64,000 bases of DNA. Origin: an uncultured Pirellulales bacterium (lineage in GTDB: Bacteria; Planctomycetota; Phycisphaerae; Sedimentisphaerales; SM23-30). The number at the start of each line of letters is the position of its first letter. The first letter of the stretch is position 1. Where the stretch lies: positions 1,306-65,305 of the forward strand of contig CAZOMV010000014.1 of NCBI GenBank assembly GCA_964580995.1, given 5' to 3'. The translations under genes and the position numbers were made by a program. Under the pieces are notes generated by a model. That model did no database searches, was not told where the DNA came from, and saw only the letters and a program-made list of their open reading frames with translations. Below, one piece after another: positions 26,860-36,732 of the stretch.

Positions 26860-27399
26860 ATGGAAACTATTGTAAGAATGAAAAGGTCCAGGGTACAAAG
26901 GTTCAACCGGCAAGGATTTACTCTGGTGGAACTTCTTATTGTAGTGGTCATATTGGGAATTCTGGCGGGGATTGTCATTGCCGGTTTTTCGAATACCAGT
27001 ACGGAAGCAAAAGAAAATATGTTGAAGGAAAATCTGCGGGTTATGCGGACGCAGATAGGGGCTTATCGGGCTCAGCATACGGATGTTTCCCCGGGATATG
27101 CGAACGGGGATGACGAGGGAGTTCCTTCGGAGGCGGATTTTTTTGCCCAAATGCTGGAAAAAACGAATATATATGGTGATACCACGGCGGCCACTACCAA
27201 TTTTGGGCCTTATATGCGGGCCTGGCCGGAGAATCCAATTAACAAGAAATCGGCGGTATTAATACTGGGAAACGATGAAGAGGTGCCGAGCGAGGCGGCG
27301 GAGGGGGATTACGGCTGGTTATTCAAGCCCAGTGAAGTTATATTCAAGGCCTACTGCGTAGGAGCCGATGCATCTGGTAAGTCGTATTTAGATTATTGA
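26860..27399 (+). CDS. Type IV pilin-like prepilin
   Basis: QG|FTLVELLIVVVILGILAGIVI; GPYM..WPENP. Confidence 0.9.
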   Translation: METIVRMKRSRVQRFNRQGFTLVELLIVVVILGILAGIVIAGFSNTSTEAKENMLKENLRVMRTQIGAYRAQHTDVSPGYANGDDEGVPSEADFFAQMLEKTNIYGDTTAATTNFGPYMRAWPENPINKKSAVLILGNDEEVPSEAAEGDYGWLFKPSEVIFKAYCVGADASGKSYLDY

Positions 27400-27491
27400 A
27401 AGCGATAAAACATTCTGGCGATGCGCTGATAGAATCAGTCAGAAGAGTTTATTTCGTAGTAAATGGAACCTTTATAGCAGGAGAATCGGCC

Positions 27492-27803
27492 ATGACGGTA
27501 GTAGTAGATAGTTATACGCGGGTCCTGTTGACGGTGATCGCCATTCTGCTGGGGGTGGTAGCGGTGGGAATGTGGTGTGAAAGTCCGGTACTGGTGGACA
27601 GCGCCAAAGCGGGGATTCCTGATTCCGGCAAGCAGTTGGATGAGGTTATTGCACAATTGAAAGAAGTAAATGAAACGCTGCTGGGGATTTCCGAGACGAT
27701 GGTTTCGGGCAATATCAAAGTGCAGGTTGCGGATCCGTCGGAAACCAAAAAGAAAGCTGCCACCCGGACCGCGGCAACCACAGTGCCTTCCGTACCTAAA
27801 TAA
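27492..27803 (+). CDS. Small membrane-anchored hypothetical protein
   Basis: AGGAG RBS; D.YT..LLTVIAILL TM, then GIPDSG.Q coiled segment. Confidence 0.7.
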   Translation: MTVVVDSYTRVLLTVIAILLGVVAVGMWCESPVLVDSAKAGIPDSGKQLDEVIAQLKEVNETLLGISETMVSGNIKVQVADPSETKKKAATRTAATTVPSVPK

Positions 27804-27917
27804 GAGGTAACGATACTTCCCTAACGAATTGGTAACCGGTGTGAACCGGGCCGATCCCCCTATTGCGCCTACGCTGCGCCTGGAAAGAAGAAACCCATAA
27901 ACGAGTTCAATCAAACT

Positions 27918-28445
27918 ATGGTGAATCCATCCGGCAAAAAAAACAAGCAAGGATTTACGCTGGCGGAGGTTTTAGCGGTCGTTGTGATTATCTCGATTGC
28001 AGCGATGATTGTAGTGCCGATGATGGGGGATACCAATGATATGAAAGTGGCTTCCGCTTCCCGTCAGATTGTTTCGGCACTTTTGTATGCCCAAACCTTG
28101 TCGATCTCCAGCCAGCAGAAGCATCAGGTGGTATTCGACACGGTGAATAACTGCTATGAAATTCAGGATGAGTCGGGGAATGTGATTCCGGACCCGGTCA
28201 GCCCGGGCCAGCCGTACCGGATCAGCTATGCCAACCATCCGCAATTGCGGCCGGTGGCGATTCAGGATGTTGATTTTGGCGACACCAATATCGTGTGGTT
28301 TGATACGATGGGTGCTCCTTATGAAGGAGCCATCGGCGGCAGTCAATCGCTGTTGTCGCAGGGGATCATTACGGTAGCGGCGGGCACGGAAACGATGGCG
28401 GTGCATGTAGAGCCGGTGAGCGGCAGAATCAATATTGCGGAATAG
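27918..28445 (+). CDS. Minor pilin, FimT/GspH-like
   Basis: QG|FTLAEVLAVVVII; L.YAQ..SI, FD.MG.P, VEPVSGRI. Confidence 0.88.
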   Translation: MVNPSGKKNKQGFTLAEVLAVVVIISIAAMIVVPMMGDTNDMKVASASRQIVSALLYAQTLSISSQQKHQVVFDTVNNCYEIQDESGNVIPDPVSPGQPYRISYANHPQLRPVAIQDVDFGDTNIVWFDTMGAPYEGAIGGSQSLLSQGIITVAAGTETMAVHVEPVSGRINIAE

Positions 28446-28492
28446 AAGCGTGGGTACATACCCCCGAACCCCGAAACGGATAAAAAGTACAC

Positions 28493-29503
28493 ATGGGTTT
28501 ATTTTCTTCGAAACATACCAGCAGGATTGGCCTGGATATTAGTGAGGATGCGATTCGGTTATTACAACTCGAATTCAATGGCTCTCACCTGCATGTAAAA
28601 GCGGCCTGCCAATGGGAATTGCCGGAAGAGATACGGGAGGAAAATCGGCGGACGTATCGCTGGTATCATTATTGTGTCAATACCATCCGCCGATTGATTC
28701 AGGAGAATGGTTTCAAAGGGCGTTCCGTCCGGGTTTCATTTTCTTTCGACCAGTTGGAATATGCCATATTGCAGATCTATAAATCGGTGGATCCGAATAT
28801 CGATGAAATGGTTCGGTCTCAGGCGCGGGACCATTTCGGGTTTGAAGAGCATTATGGCACAGTGGATTACTGGGAATCGGGCGATGTGGGCAACACCAAC
28901 AATTCGTATCAGCAGTTTATTGTTTTTGGTGCATCGGATTATATCCTGCAAAACACACTGCTGATGCTGGAAGATATGCATTTGAGCTGCGCGGGGATCG
29001 AGCCGATGCCCTGTGCGTTATTTCGTTCAGTAAGGAACCCGTGGTCGGATCATGATTTTGGCCGGTCCACGGTAATGGTGGATGTTGGCTTCAGTTATTC
29101 GGTCATTATGACCGGTATGGGGCGTTTTATGACCGGGATTAAACGGGTGGATTATGGGGCGAAAGATTTTAATGACTCCCGGCCCAGTTCATTTGATTTT
29201 CTGGTCAATCCCCAGGAAGAACTGGTCAAAAAAATACTGGATTGCCTGAACTATCATCAGACGGTTTTTCAGGGAGAACGACCGGAGATATTGATCTTGA
29301 CAGGCTATCCCGTAAAAACGGAACTCAATCAGTTTTTACAGGAGAAAACCGCCTGTAAAGTGAATTCATATCCTTTTTTCGCGGGGATGGATTGTGCCAA
29401 AGTGGAAATGGTCGGGGGCCAGGGAAACGATGCCAGCCGGTGGGCTGTAGGATTGGGATTGTGTCTCAAAGATTATGTCTCTGACAAAGTGGCAGTCGGA
29501 TAA
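28493..29503 (+). CDS. pilM: PilM-like (actin/FtsA-fold) pilus assembly protein
   Basis: IGLDIS..AIRLLQL, P.ALFRS, VDVG, ILTG, WAVGLGL.LK. Confidence 0.75.
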   Translation: MGLFSSKHTSRIGLDISEDAIRLLQLEFNGSHLHVKAACQWELPEEIREENRRTYRWYHYCVNTIRRLIQENGFKGRSVRVSFSFDQLEYAILQIYKSVDPNIDEMVRSQARDHFGFEEHYGTVDYWESGDVGNTNNSYQQFIVFGASDYILQNTLLMLEDMHLSCAGIEPMPCALFRSVRNPWSDHDFGRSTVMVDVGFSYSVIMTGMGRFMTGIKRVDYGAKDFNDSRPSSFDFLVNPQEELVKKILDCLNYHQTVFQGERPEILILTGYPVKTELNQFLQEKTACKVNSYPFFAGMDCAKVEMVGGQGNDASRWAVGLGLCLKDYVSDKVAVG

Positions 29504-29679
29504 GGTTCAAGGACCGATAAAAAAACGGAATGAAAGGTTTGTAGCAATTGCAGAGGAAATAAATATGCAAAGAATTCGATAGACAGGTTAAGTACGCATT
29601 CAGATGAGCCATTGGTTCGACGATGAAGATATAAGAGAACGACCAGGTAAATGGTAGATTACGTAAGGAGAATACAAAG

Positions 29680-31536
29680 ATGAAAAAGCTATTCACAGCA
29701 GGAATTGGAATTTTGATTTTCGTGTGGCTGGTGCAGCCGATGTGGTCCCAGGATGCGGAATCAGAAAGGGAAGTAACGGAAGTGGTGGAACCGGCAGCCG
29801 AGGTTGCGGAGGTTGCCGAGGTTGCCGAGGGTACACCGGCTGCGGAGGTTGCAGGCACCGCGGAAGGTACGCCGGTTGCCGAGGCGGCAGGCACCGCCGA
29901 AGTTACAGATGCTGCAACGGCACCCGAAGTTGCCGAAATCCCGCCACTGGCCAGCCCGGATGCCGAAGGAGTTATTCCCTCTCTGGTGCTGAAGGCGGAA
30001 ATTGCCGACTTTTTAAAGATGATCGGATCGGCCTATCAGAAAAATATCATTCCCTCTCGCCAGGTGCGAGGGGTGGTGAATGTGAACCTGTTCAATGTGA
30101 CTTTTCGGGAAGCGTTGGATGCCGTTTTAAAGGCCAACGATTTTGCGTACGAGGAGCAGGGTGCCTTTATCTATGTATATACGCAGAAAGAATTTGCGCA
30201 GTTGCAGGCAGCGGCCCGGAAGACGGAGACGCGGGTGTTTCAATTGAATTACATTTCGGCCCTGGATGTAAAAACTCTGATCGATTCGCTGTTGAGCGAC
30301 GATGGCAAGATTACCGTTTCGCCGGACGCCGGATCGCACGAGGAAAATCCGGGGGAAAACTGGGCGTTAAACAATTATATAGTGGTGGTGGATTACCCTG
30401 AGCGACTGGATGAAATCGGGAAATTGGTTGCCAAAATCGATGCCCGCCCGCCGCAGGTGCTGGTGGAGGCGACGATTCTAGTGGCCAGTGTGTCGGATGA
30501 AAATAAGCTCGGTGTTGATTTCAACGTCCTGGACGGTCTGGATTTTTCCGTGGGAACCGTGGAAAATGGCGGGGTAGGGACGATAACGGAACCAGCCGAT
30601 ACCAATGCCAGGCTGAGTGGTACCAAAGGACAATATAGCACCGGGGCCGACGGACTGAAAATCGGGATATTTTCCACCAAAATGGAGCTGATGATCGAGG
30701 CCCTGGAAACGATTACCGATGTGGTGACCTTGGGTAATCCCAAGGTGCTGACCATCAACCGTCAGATGGGCAAGGTATTGGTCGGCAACAGCGATGGTTA
30801 TGTTACCACGGAAGTATCCCAGACTACCACCACCCAAACGGTACAATTTTTGGATACGGGTACGGAACTGACATTTCGTCCGTTTGTGATGGATGACGGG
30901 TATATTCGTATGGATCTGTTTACCAAAGATAGTGACGGTGGTGTGGAAGTGTCGGGCACCTTTACACTGCCTTCGGAATCGACGGCTGAGGTGACTTCGA
31001 ATGTACTGGTTAAGGACGGCCATACGATTGTGATCGGCGGTTTGTTCCGGGAAAAAACCAGTATCACCCGCGCCCAGGTTCCCGTGTTGGGGAATTTACC
31101 CGTGGTGGGCGCCCTGTTCCGGGAAACCACCGATGACGCGGGCAAGGAAGAAGTGATCTTTATGATTACTCCGCATATTGTTCAGGAAAAGATTGATTAT
31201 GCCAAAGCCGATCAGGTCTTGACGGATATCCAGCAAAAGATGATGGGATTTCGGGAAGGCATGTTATGGTATGGGCGTGACCGGTTGTCGTCCGCTCATT
31301 ATCAGTGGGCTTTGCAGAATCAGGAAAAGGGCAAACGGGATATGGCCTTATGGAACGCGACCCTGGCCAGTTATATGAACCCCGGTTTTCTGGATGCCAA
31401 GCAACTGAAGGATGAATTGCAGAGCGATGCTCTTTATGAGGAACAATATGGTCCGATGAATCAGTTCATCCGCAATATGCTGGAGATGCAGATGGGAGCA
31501 GATGCTTCTCCGGAAGATGCGAGCAGTTCGTTGTAA
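29680..31536 (+). CDS. Secretin (PilQ/GspD family)
   Basis: N domains (ALDAVL, TRVFQLNY), IDARPPQVLVEATI, LGVDF, NPKVLT, V.VKDGHTIVIGGL, VPVLGNLPVVGALFR, FMITPHI. Confidence 0.93.
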   Translation: MKKLFTAGIGILIFVWLVQPMWSQDAESEREVTEVVEPAAEVAEVAEVAEGTPAAEVAGTAEGTPVAEAAGTAEVTDAATAPEVAEIPPLASPDAEGVIPSLVLKAEIADFLKMIGSAYQKNIIPSRQVRGVVNVNLFNVTFREALDAVLKANDFAYEEQGAFIYVYTQKEFAQLQAAARKTETRVFQLNYISALDVKTLIDSLLSDDGKITVSPDAGSHEENPGENWALNNYIVVVDYPERLDEIGKLVAKIDARPPQVLVEATILVASVSDENKLGVDFNVLDGLDFSVGTVENGGVGTITEPADTNARLSGTKGQYSTGADGLKIGIFSTKMELMIEALETITDVVTLGNPKVLTINRQMGKVLVGNSDGYVTTEVSQTTTTQTVQFLDTGTELTFRPFVMDDGYIRMDLFTKDSDGGVEVSGTFTLPSESTAEVTSNVLVKDGHTIVIGGLFREKTSITRAQVPVLGNLPVVGALFRETTDDAGKEEVIFMITPHIVQEKIDYAKADQVLTDIQQKMMGFREGMLWYGRDRLSSAHYQWALQNQEKGKRDMALWNATLASYMNPGFLDAKQLKDELQSDALYEEQYGPMNQFIRNMLEMQMGADASPEDASSSL

Positions 31537-31593
31537 TTGATGTAAGATGGTTTTATAACAAATTGTTGCTTCACAAACCTTAGGAGGTATCCG

Positions 31594-32814
31594 ATGAAGC
31601 GTACAGTATGCAGTGTAATGATCCTGGTGTTGATCCTGGCAGGTTGTCAGGATCAGCACCAAAGAAATAAAACCGCGGCAATGGAACGGTGGAATGCCGC
31701 TCGTTCGCAAATCACCACCAATCTGGCAAAGGAACAATTTCAGTCAGGTGACTTTGCCAAGGCGGCCCAAACAGCCCAATCCGTAGTGGACAATAATCCA
31801 CCCTATCTTCCGGCTCGAATTCTTTTGGGACAGATCTATCTCGAACAGGAGTTGTACGCGAAGGCCAAAAAATGTTTTACCGAGTGTCTGGTTCAGGAAC
31901 CGGGAAATCCCCAGGCAAATTATAACCTGGGATTGGTGCACGAGAAATGGAATGAACTGGATCAGGCCTTTACGTATTATGAACAGGCATGGAAGGGGCA
32001 GCCGGACCATATTCCCTATCTTCTCGCGATGGTGGAAACTAAGGTTTCGCAGGGGGAATATGAAGGGGCTATAGCAATCTTGTTGGAAGGCATGAAAGAG
32101 ACGGAGCAGGATCCTCGCTTATATATGACCGCCGGAACGATCTACTCGCATCTGGGGCAATATAGCCAGGCTATCGAAATGTTTGAGAAAGTGCGGGATT
32201 CGCGTGCGGAGAATAGCGGCGTGACCGAGGCCCTGGCGTTTTGTATGCACCAAGCGGGAAGAGATCAGGAAGCCGTTTGCCTGTTTCAGAAACTGATTGC
32301 CCAGAATGAAAAGGAATCGCAGACGACCCCGTGGTCCTGTTATCTGGCGCTGGGGGATTGTTATATGAATCTGAAGCAGTATCATGAGGCCTGGCGATGC
32401 TATGATCGGGTCAGTCAGCAGGATGGTTCCAATCCGAAAATATGGGTACGTCTGGCTCAGGCAACGATGGAACGAAAAGAGTATGACCGGGCCAAAGGGT
32501 ATTTGGCGAAAGCCTTAACCTTGAATCCCGGGGATCCGGAGGTATTGATGGCGCAGGGGATTATCGCCATGCAAGAAAAGGAGTATGGAAAAGCTCAGGA
32601 TGTATTCCGTGCGGCGACCCGGGCAGATGACCGAAACGTGTTAGCCTATTGTTGGCTGGGGCAATCTCTGCAGGCGCAGGGAAACGAATCGGAAGCCAGG
32701 ACCTGTTATGCCCAGGCGTTAGAAATTGATCCGCAGGATCAGTTAGCCAGAAAATTTATGCTTTCTATCGATGGCCAGTCGAAAAGTGCTTCACCGCGTG
32801 CGGAAAAATATTAA
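31594..32814 (+). CDS. TPR lipoprotein (pilotin-like)
   Basis: Lipobox ILAG-C, multiple TPRs, AGGAGG RBS, directly after the secretin. Confidence 0.85.
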   Translation: MKRTVCSVMILVLILAGCQDQHQRNKTAAMERWNAARSQITTNLAKEQFQSGDFAKAAQTAQSVVDNNPPYLPARILLGQIYLEQELYAKAKKCFTECLVQEPGNPQANYNLGLVHEKWNELDQAFTYYEQAWKGQPDHIPYLLAMVETKVSQGEYEGAIAILLEGMKETEQDPRLYMTAGTIYSHLGQYSQAIEMFEKVRDSRAENSGVTEALAFCMHQAGRDQEAVCLFQKLIAQNEKESQTTPWSCYLALGDCYMNLKQYHEAWRCYDRVSQQDGSNPKIWVRLAQATMERKEYDRAKGYLAKALTLNPGDPEVLMAQGIIAMQEKEYGKAQDVFRAATRADDRNVLAYCWLGQSLQAQGNESEARTCYAQALEIDPQDQLARKFMLSIDGQSKSASPRAEKY

Positions 32815-32868
32815 AGATTCATCGTCTATGGACGGAACGAGTTCTTTTTGGGTGAGGGAGGCATACTT

Positions 32869-34332
32869 TTGACGCTGGCGAGACGATTAATTATAGTGCT
32901 GATTCTTCTTACTGCCTTGGGTGGCAGTGCGGCATATTATGTCACGGAGATGGGGCTAACAGGCTCGGAGGGCCAATACCGCCGGCTGGGCTGGCTGGTT
33001 TTCGGGCTGATGACCTTTCTGAGTATTCTGATGGTGGTTCTCATCTGGCGGAATCTATCCCGGTCGCTGCGAAATATCTCGGATCAGTTGCGCAGTTTCG
33101 AAGCGGTGGAAGAAATCGGGATGATCATGGTCGATGAAAAGGATGAACTGGCGGAAATGGTAGGCCAGTTCAACCGCTATCTGACGACGATTAAATCGCG
33201 GTTTGATCAAAAGCGGATTGAGCGGAAGGAGTTGGAAATTCAGGCGCGGGTAGCGGAGGCGGAGCGAAAGCAGACCGAGGCAATTATCTACAGTATTTCC
33301 GAAGCGGTCCTGGTTACGGACAAATACGACGAATTGCTGCTGGCCAATCAGGCGGCGGAGAAACTTTTTCATTTTCGGCTGGAACAAAAATACCAATGCC
33401 CGATTGATGAAGTGCTGGCGGATAGTGTGCTTCTGAATTTAATCATCACGACCCGGGAAAATAAAAGCCGCGAGGTTACCCAGCTATTGGAACGGCCCAG
33501 TTCCGATAACTCGCGGATGCTGAGTCTCAAAGTACTCTTGTCCTGTATTCTCAATCATCAGGAGGAAGTGATAGGGGTTGTAGTGGTTATTCATGATATG
33601 ACGGCGGAAAAGGAAATCGCCCGGATGAAGGATGATTTTGTGAGTAGTGTGTCGCATGAATTGAAGACACCGCTGGCCAGTATCCGGGCCTGCTCGGAAA
33701 TGCTGGTGGACCAGGAGGCGGATAACGAGCAGACCCAGCGGGAATTTTGCGAGATTATCCAGGAACAGGCCAAACGGCTGAATCGATTGATTGATGATAT
33801 CCTTAATATTTCGCGGATTGAGTCGGGTGTGTTAAATATTAACCGGGAACAATTGAATCTGGTACCGATAATTGACGATGTAATGGCAGCGTTACGTCCC
33901 CAGGCGCGAGAAAAACAAATTGTGCTGGAGCGGCAAGTTGATTCGGAGAATATAAATGGTTTTATGGATCGCAATATGATGCATCAGGCCGTTATGAACT
34001 TAGTGAGCAATGCCATTAAATATTCCTATTCCGGTCAAAGGGTGTCGATCCGAGCCGGGAGGAAAAAAGACGGTGAAATCCGGGTGGAGGTTGAAGATCA
34101 AGGGGCCGGGATACCGGAGGAATGCCTGGATCACGTATTTGACAAGTTTTACCGGGTCCAGGCCAACAATGATTTGGCGGGGGGGACGGGGCTGGGACTG
34201 CATCTGGTAAAACAAATTGTTGAGAATGTCCATGGAGGGCAGGTGGCAGTAAAAAGTGCGGTCGGGAAAGGAAGTGTCTTCAGCATGGTTTTGCCGGCAG
34301 GCCAGGAAGCCGCCGTACCAGCCGGGAAGTGA
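32869..34332 (+). CDS. Membrane sensor histidine kinase (HAMP-PAS-HisKA-HATPase)
   Basis: 2 TM, VSHELKTPL, NLVSNAIKY, D.G.GI, F..FYR, GTGLGL; TTG start after GGAGG. Confidence 0.95.
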   Translation: MTLARRLIIVLILLTALGGSAAYYVTEMGLTGSEGQYRRLGWLVFGLMTFLSILMVVLIWRNLSRSLRNISDQLRSFEAVEEIGMIMVDEKDELAEMVGQFNRYLTTIKSRFDQKRIERKELEIQARVAEAERKQTEAIIYSISEAVLVTDKYDELLLANQAAEKLFHFRLEQKYQCPIDEVLADSVLLNLIITTRENKSREVTQLLERPSSDNSRMLSLKVLLSCILNHQEEVIGVVVVIHDMTAEKEIARMKDDFVSSVSHELKTPLASIRACSEMLVDQEADNEQTQREFCEIIQEQAKRLNRLIDDILNISRIESGVLNINREQLNLVPIIDDVMAALRPQAREKQIVLERQVDSENINGFMDRNMMHQAVMNLVSNAIKYSYSGQRVSIRAGRKKDGEIRVEVEDQGAGIPEECLDHVFDKFYRVQANNDLAGGTGLGLHLVKQIVENVHGGQVAVKSAVGKGSVFSMVLPAGQEAAVPAGK

Positions 34333-34361
34333 TTCCGAAGAAAAATTCCAGGAACAGAAAT

Positions 34362-34748
34362 ATGATACAGCAGAAAAAACGAATATTGGTAGTGGATGAT
34401 GAGGTTCATATACTGCATGTGGTTTCGCTGAAATTGCGAAATGCCGGTTATGAGGTCATCACCGCACAGGATGGCCGGGAGGCGCTGGAACTGGCCCAGA
34501 TGGAACGTCCGGATGTGATTATAACGGATTTTCAGATGCCCTATTTATCCGGGTTGGAATTATGCCAGCGGCTCAAACGAATTCCTTCCACGCGGGACAT
34601 CCCGGCGATCCTGCTGACCGCCCGGGGTTTTACCCTCGATGAAAAAGCGATGCCGGCCACGGGGATCCGTGTCTGTCTGAATAAACCTTTCAGCCCGCGG
34701 GAAGTGCTGCGTGTGGTAGATGAACTTTTGGCGGCGACTATGGCATGA
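34362..34748 (+). CDS. Single-domain response regulator (CheY-like)
   Basis: ILVVDDE, ITDFQMP, LLTA, KPFS. Confidence 0.95.
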   Translation: MIQQKKRILVVDDEVHILHVVSLKLRNAGYEVITAQDGREALELAQMERPDVIITDFQMPYLSGLELCQRLKRIPSTRDIPAILLTARGFTLDEKAMPATGIRVCLNKPFSPREVLRVVDELLAATMA

Positions 34749-34780
34749 GGCCGATTTTATAAACTGGTAAACAAAAAAGA

Positions 34781-36466
34781 ATGGAAAAGGATTTTACAAT
34801 AGTCGAATCGGAGCTGGATCAGAAAGCCGTGGAGGGGATGGAAGCGATTTTACAGAATCTGGGGGTGGAAACCGCTTTTTATCCGCTTGCCGATCTTCCG
34901 GATCCAATTGCCGGGGAGGAATCGAAAATTGCTTGTGCCGGTCATTGCCGGTGGCAGGATTGCCAAAAGGTTCTCATCGGGGACTATCTGCGCCATAGCG
35001 ATATGGAATCGCATCGGGAGATATTTTGTCCCCAGGGGCATCCGGCCCTGATTATCCCGATTACCCAGAAAAGACAGACAATCGGATTTTTTGCTTGTTG
35101 TCTGAAAAAATTGCGGTATCAGAAAACCGAGTCGCTGCAGCGGATTTGCGATCAATTGCATCTGGATAGTACGTATCTGGTGGAACAGGGGTTATCCGAC
35201 GCTATATCCGGTTCGGAATTTGGCGATTTGTTCAGGCCGCTGCTGCAGATGGTGTTCGATAAAACACACGCGAATATCGAAAGCAATAGTGAAATCGAGG
35301 CCCTGAGCAATTCTCTGGCGCAAAGTTATGAAGAAATTACTTTGCTGCATCGGATTTCGGATGGGATGCGAGTTACGCAGGAACCGGACCTGTTTTTTTC
35401 GCATTTATGCAAGGACCTGAAGGAATTCATCGACGCGGAAGAATTGCTGGTGCTCTGGTCGGATTGCGGCAGCCCGGGGAAAGAAAATAAAATGATGGCA
35501 TCTTCCGGAAAAACGCAGCTCAATCAGGCGGATCTGGATTTATTGTGGTATCGAACACAATATGAGTCCGAACAATCGCTGGGGATCCTGATCGACAGCA
35601 ATGTGGATCGTCCCTATACGCATCAGTGGCCGCAGCGGATTCGCAATCTGGTCAGTGTGCCGATCCGGCGAAACCGGAAAAACATGGGAGCCCTGGTGGC
35701 GTTAAACAAGATGAACCGGCCTGATTTTGACTCGATTGATACGAAGCTGCTCATCTCCGTGGCGAATGAAATCGCGGTGTACCTGGACAATTTCCGGTTG
35801 TACAAGGATTTGGAAGACCTGCTGATCGGTTCGTTGCGGGCTTTAACCAGCAGTATCGACGCCAAAGATCCCTATACCTGCGGCCATTCGGAACGGGTGG
35901 GGATTATCGCCCGCTGGATGTGTGAACAAATGGAAGTCAGTGCCGAGGAAATCAACACCATCTATCTGACCGGCTTATTGCATGATATCGGTAAAATCGG
36001 GGTGAGCGAGTCGATTTTGTGCAAACCGGGACGGTTGGTGCGTGACGAAATGGAACAAATCTGGAAACACCCGCTGATTGGTGCGAATATCCTGCGGGGA
36101 ATCCGGCAAATGGAAACGGTGGCTAAGGGGGTTCTGACACATCATGAACGGTTTGACGGTACGGGCTATCCCCAGGGACTTAAGGGCAAGGCAATTCCGT
36201 TTGGCGGTCGAGTGGTCATGCTGGCCGATTCCTTTGATGCGATGATCAGCGATCGAACCTACCGCAAGGCGTTGCCATTGCTGAGTGCCTTGACGGAAAT
36301 CCGCCGTTTCAGCGGCACCCAATACGATCCGGATCTGGCGGAAATATTCCTCGGCTCAGACATCTACACCCTGCTGGATAAACTGAAAACGATAAATAGC
36401 AAACACCAGTCCCTCAGCAACCTCAAACAACCCTCGCCGTATAGGATTTCCGCCTCTGCTGGATAA
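34781..36466 (+). CDS. HD-GYP c-di-GMP phosphodiesterase with PocR-like and GAF domains
   Basis: AKDPYTCGHSERV, LLHDIGK, HHERFDGTGYPQGLKG, DSFDAM.SDR.YR; GAF motif ALNK....F...D. Confidence 0.93.
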   Translation: MEKDFTIVESELDQKAVEGMEAILQNLGVETAFYPLADLPDPIAGEESKIACAGHCRWQDCQKVLIGDYLRHSDMESHREIFCPQGHPALIIPITQKRQTIGFFACCLKKLRYQKTESLQRICDQLHLDSTYLVEQGLSDAISGSEFGDLFRPLLQMVFDKTHANIESNSEIEALSNSLAQSYEEITLLHRISDGMRVTQEPDLFFSHLCKDLKEFIDAEELLVLWSDCGSPGKENKMMASSGKTQLNQADLDLLWYRTQYESEQSLGILIDSNVDRPYTHQWPQRIRNLVSVPIRRNRKNMGALVALNKMNRPDFDSIDTKLLISVANEIAVYLDNFRLYKDLEDLLIGSLRALTSSIDAKDPYTCGHSERVGIIARWMCEQMEVSAEEINTIYLTGLLHDIGKIGVSESILCKPGRLVRDEMEQIWKHPLIGANILRGIRQMETVAKGVLTHHERFDGTGYPQGLKGKAIPFGGRVVMLADSFDAMISDRTYRKALPLLSALTEIRRFSGTQYDPDLAEIFLGSDIYTLLDKLKTINSKHQSLSNLKQPSPYRISASAG

Positions 36467-36527
36467 TAGAAGAGTAGATTGACGGTCCAAATCAGGCACG
36501 GTAGTCATCAGAAACAGCATAAAACCG

Positions 36528-36560
36528 AAGCCTCATCATGTTCACGGATGAGGCTTTTTT
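36528..36560 (+). terminator. Rho-independent terminator
   Basis: AAGCCTCATC-9nt-GATGAGGCTT followed by a T-run. Confidence 0.85.
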
Positions 36561-36580
36561 ACAGGATTATATAATAAAAC

Positions 36581-36633
36581 TTGACAACATTTTATGGTCC
36601 TGCTATTTTTAACATATGTAGTCTTTACATATG
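36581..36633 (+). promoter_or_regulatory. sigma70 promoter with downstream palindromic operator
   Basis: TTGACA-17-(TGc)TATTTT, then CATATGTA-gtctt-TACATATG. Confidence 0.65.
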
Positions 36634-36732
36634 CGTAAATCAAATGTGAAAGATTACTGGTAAAATATTTTAAATAAGTATTTTATATATAAATAGTTAT
36701 GTAAATACATAGACCATGCTAAGGAGACTTCT

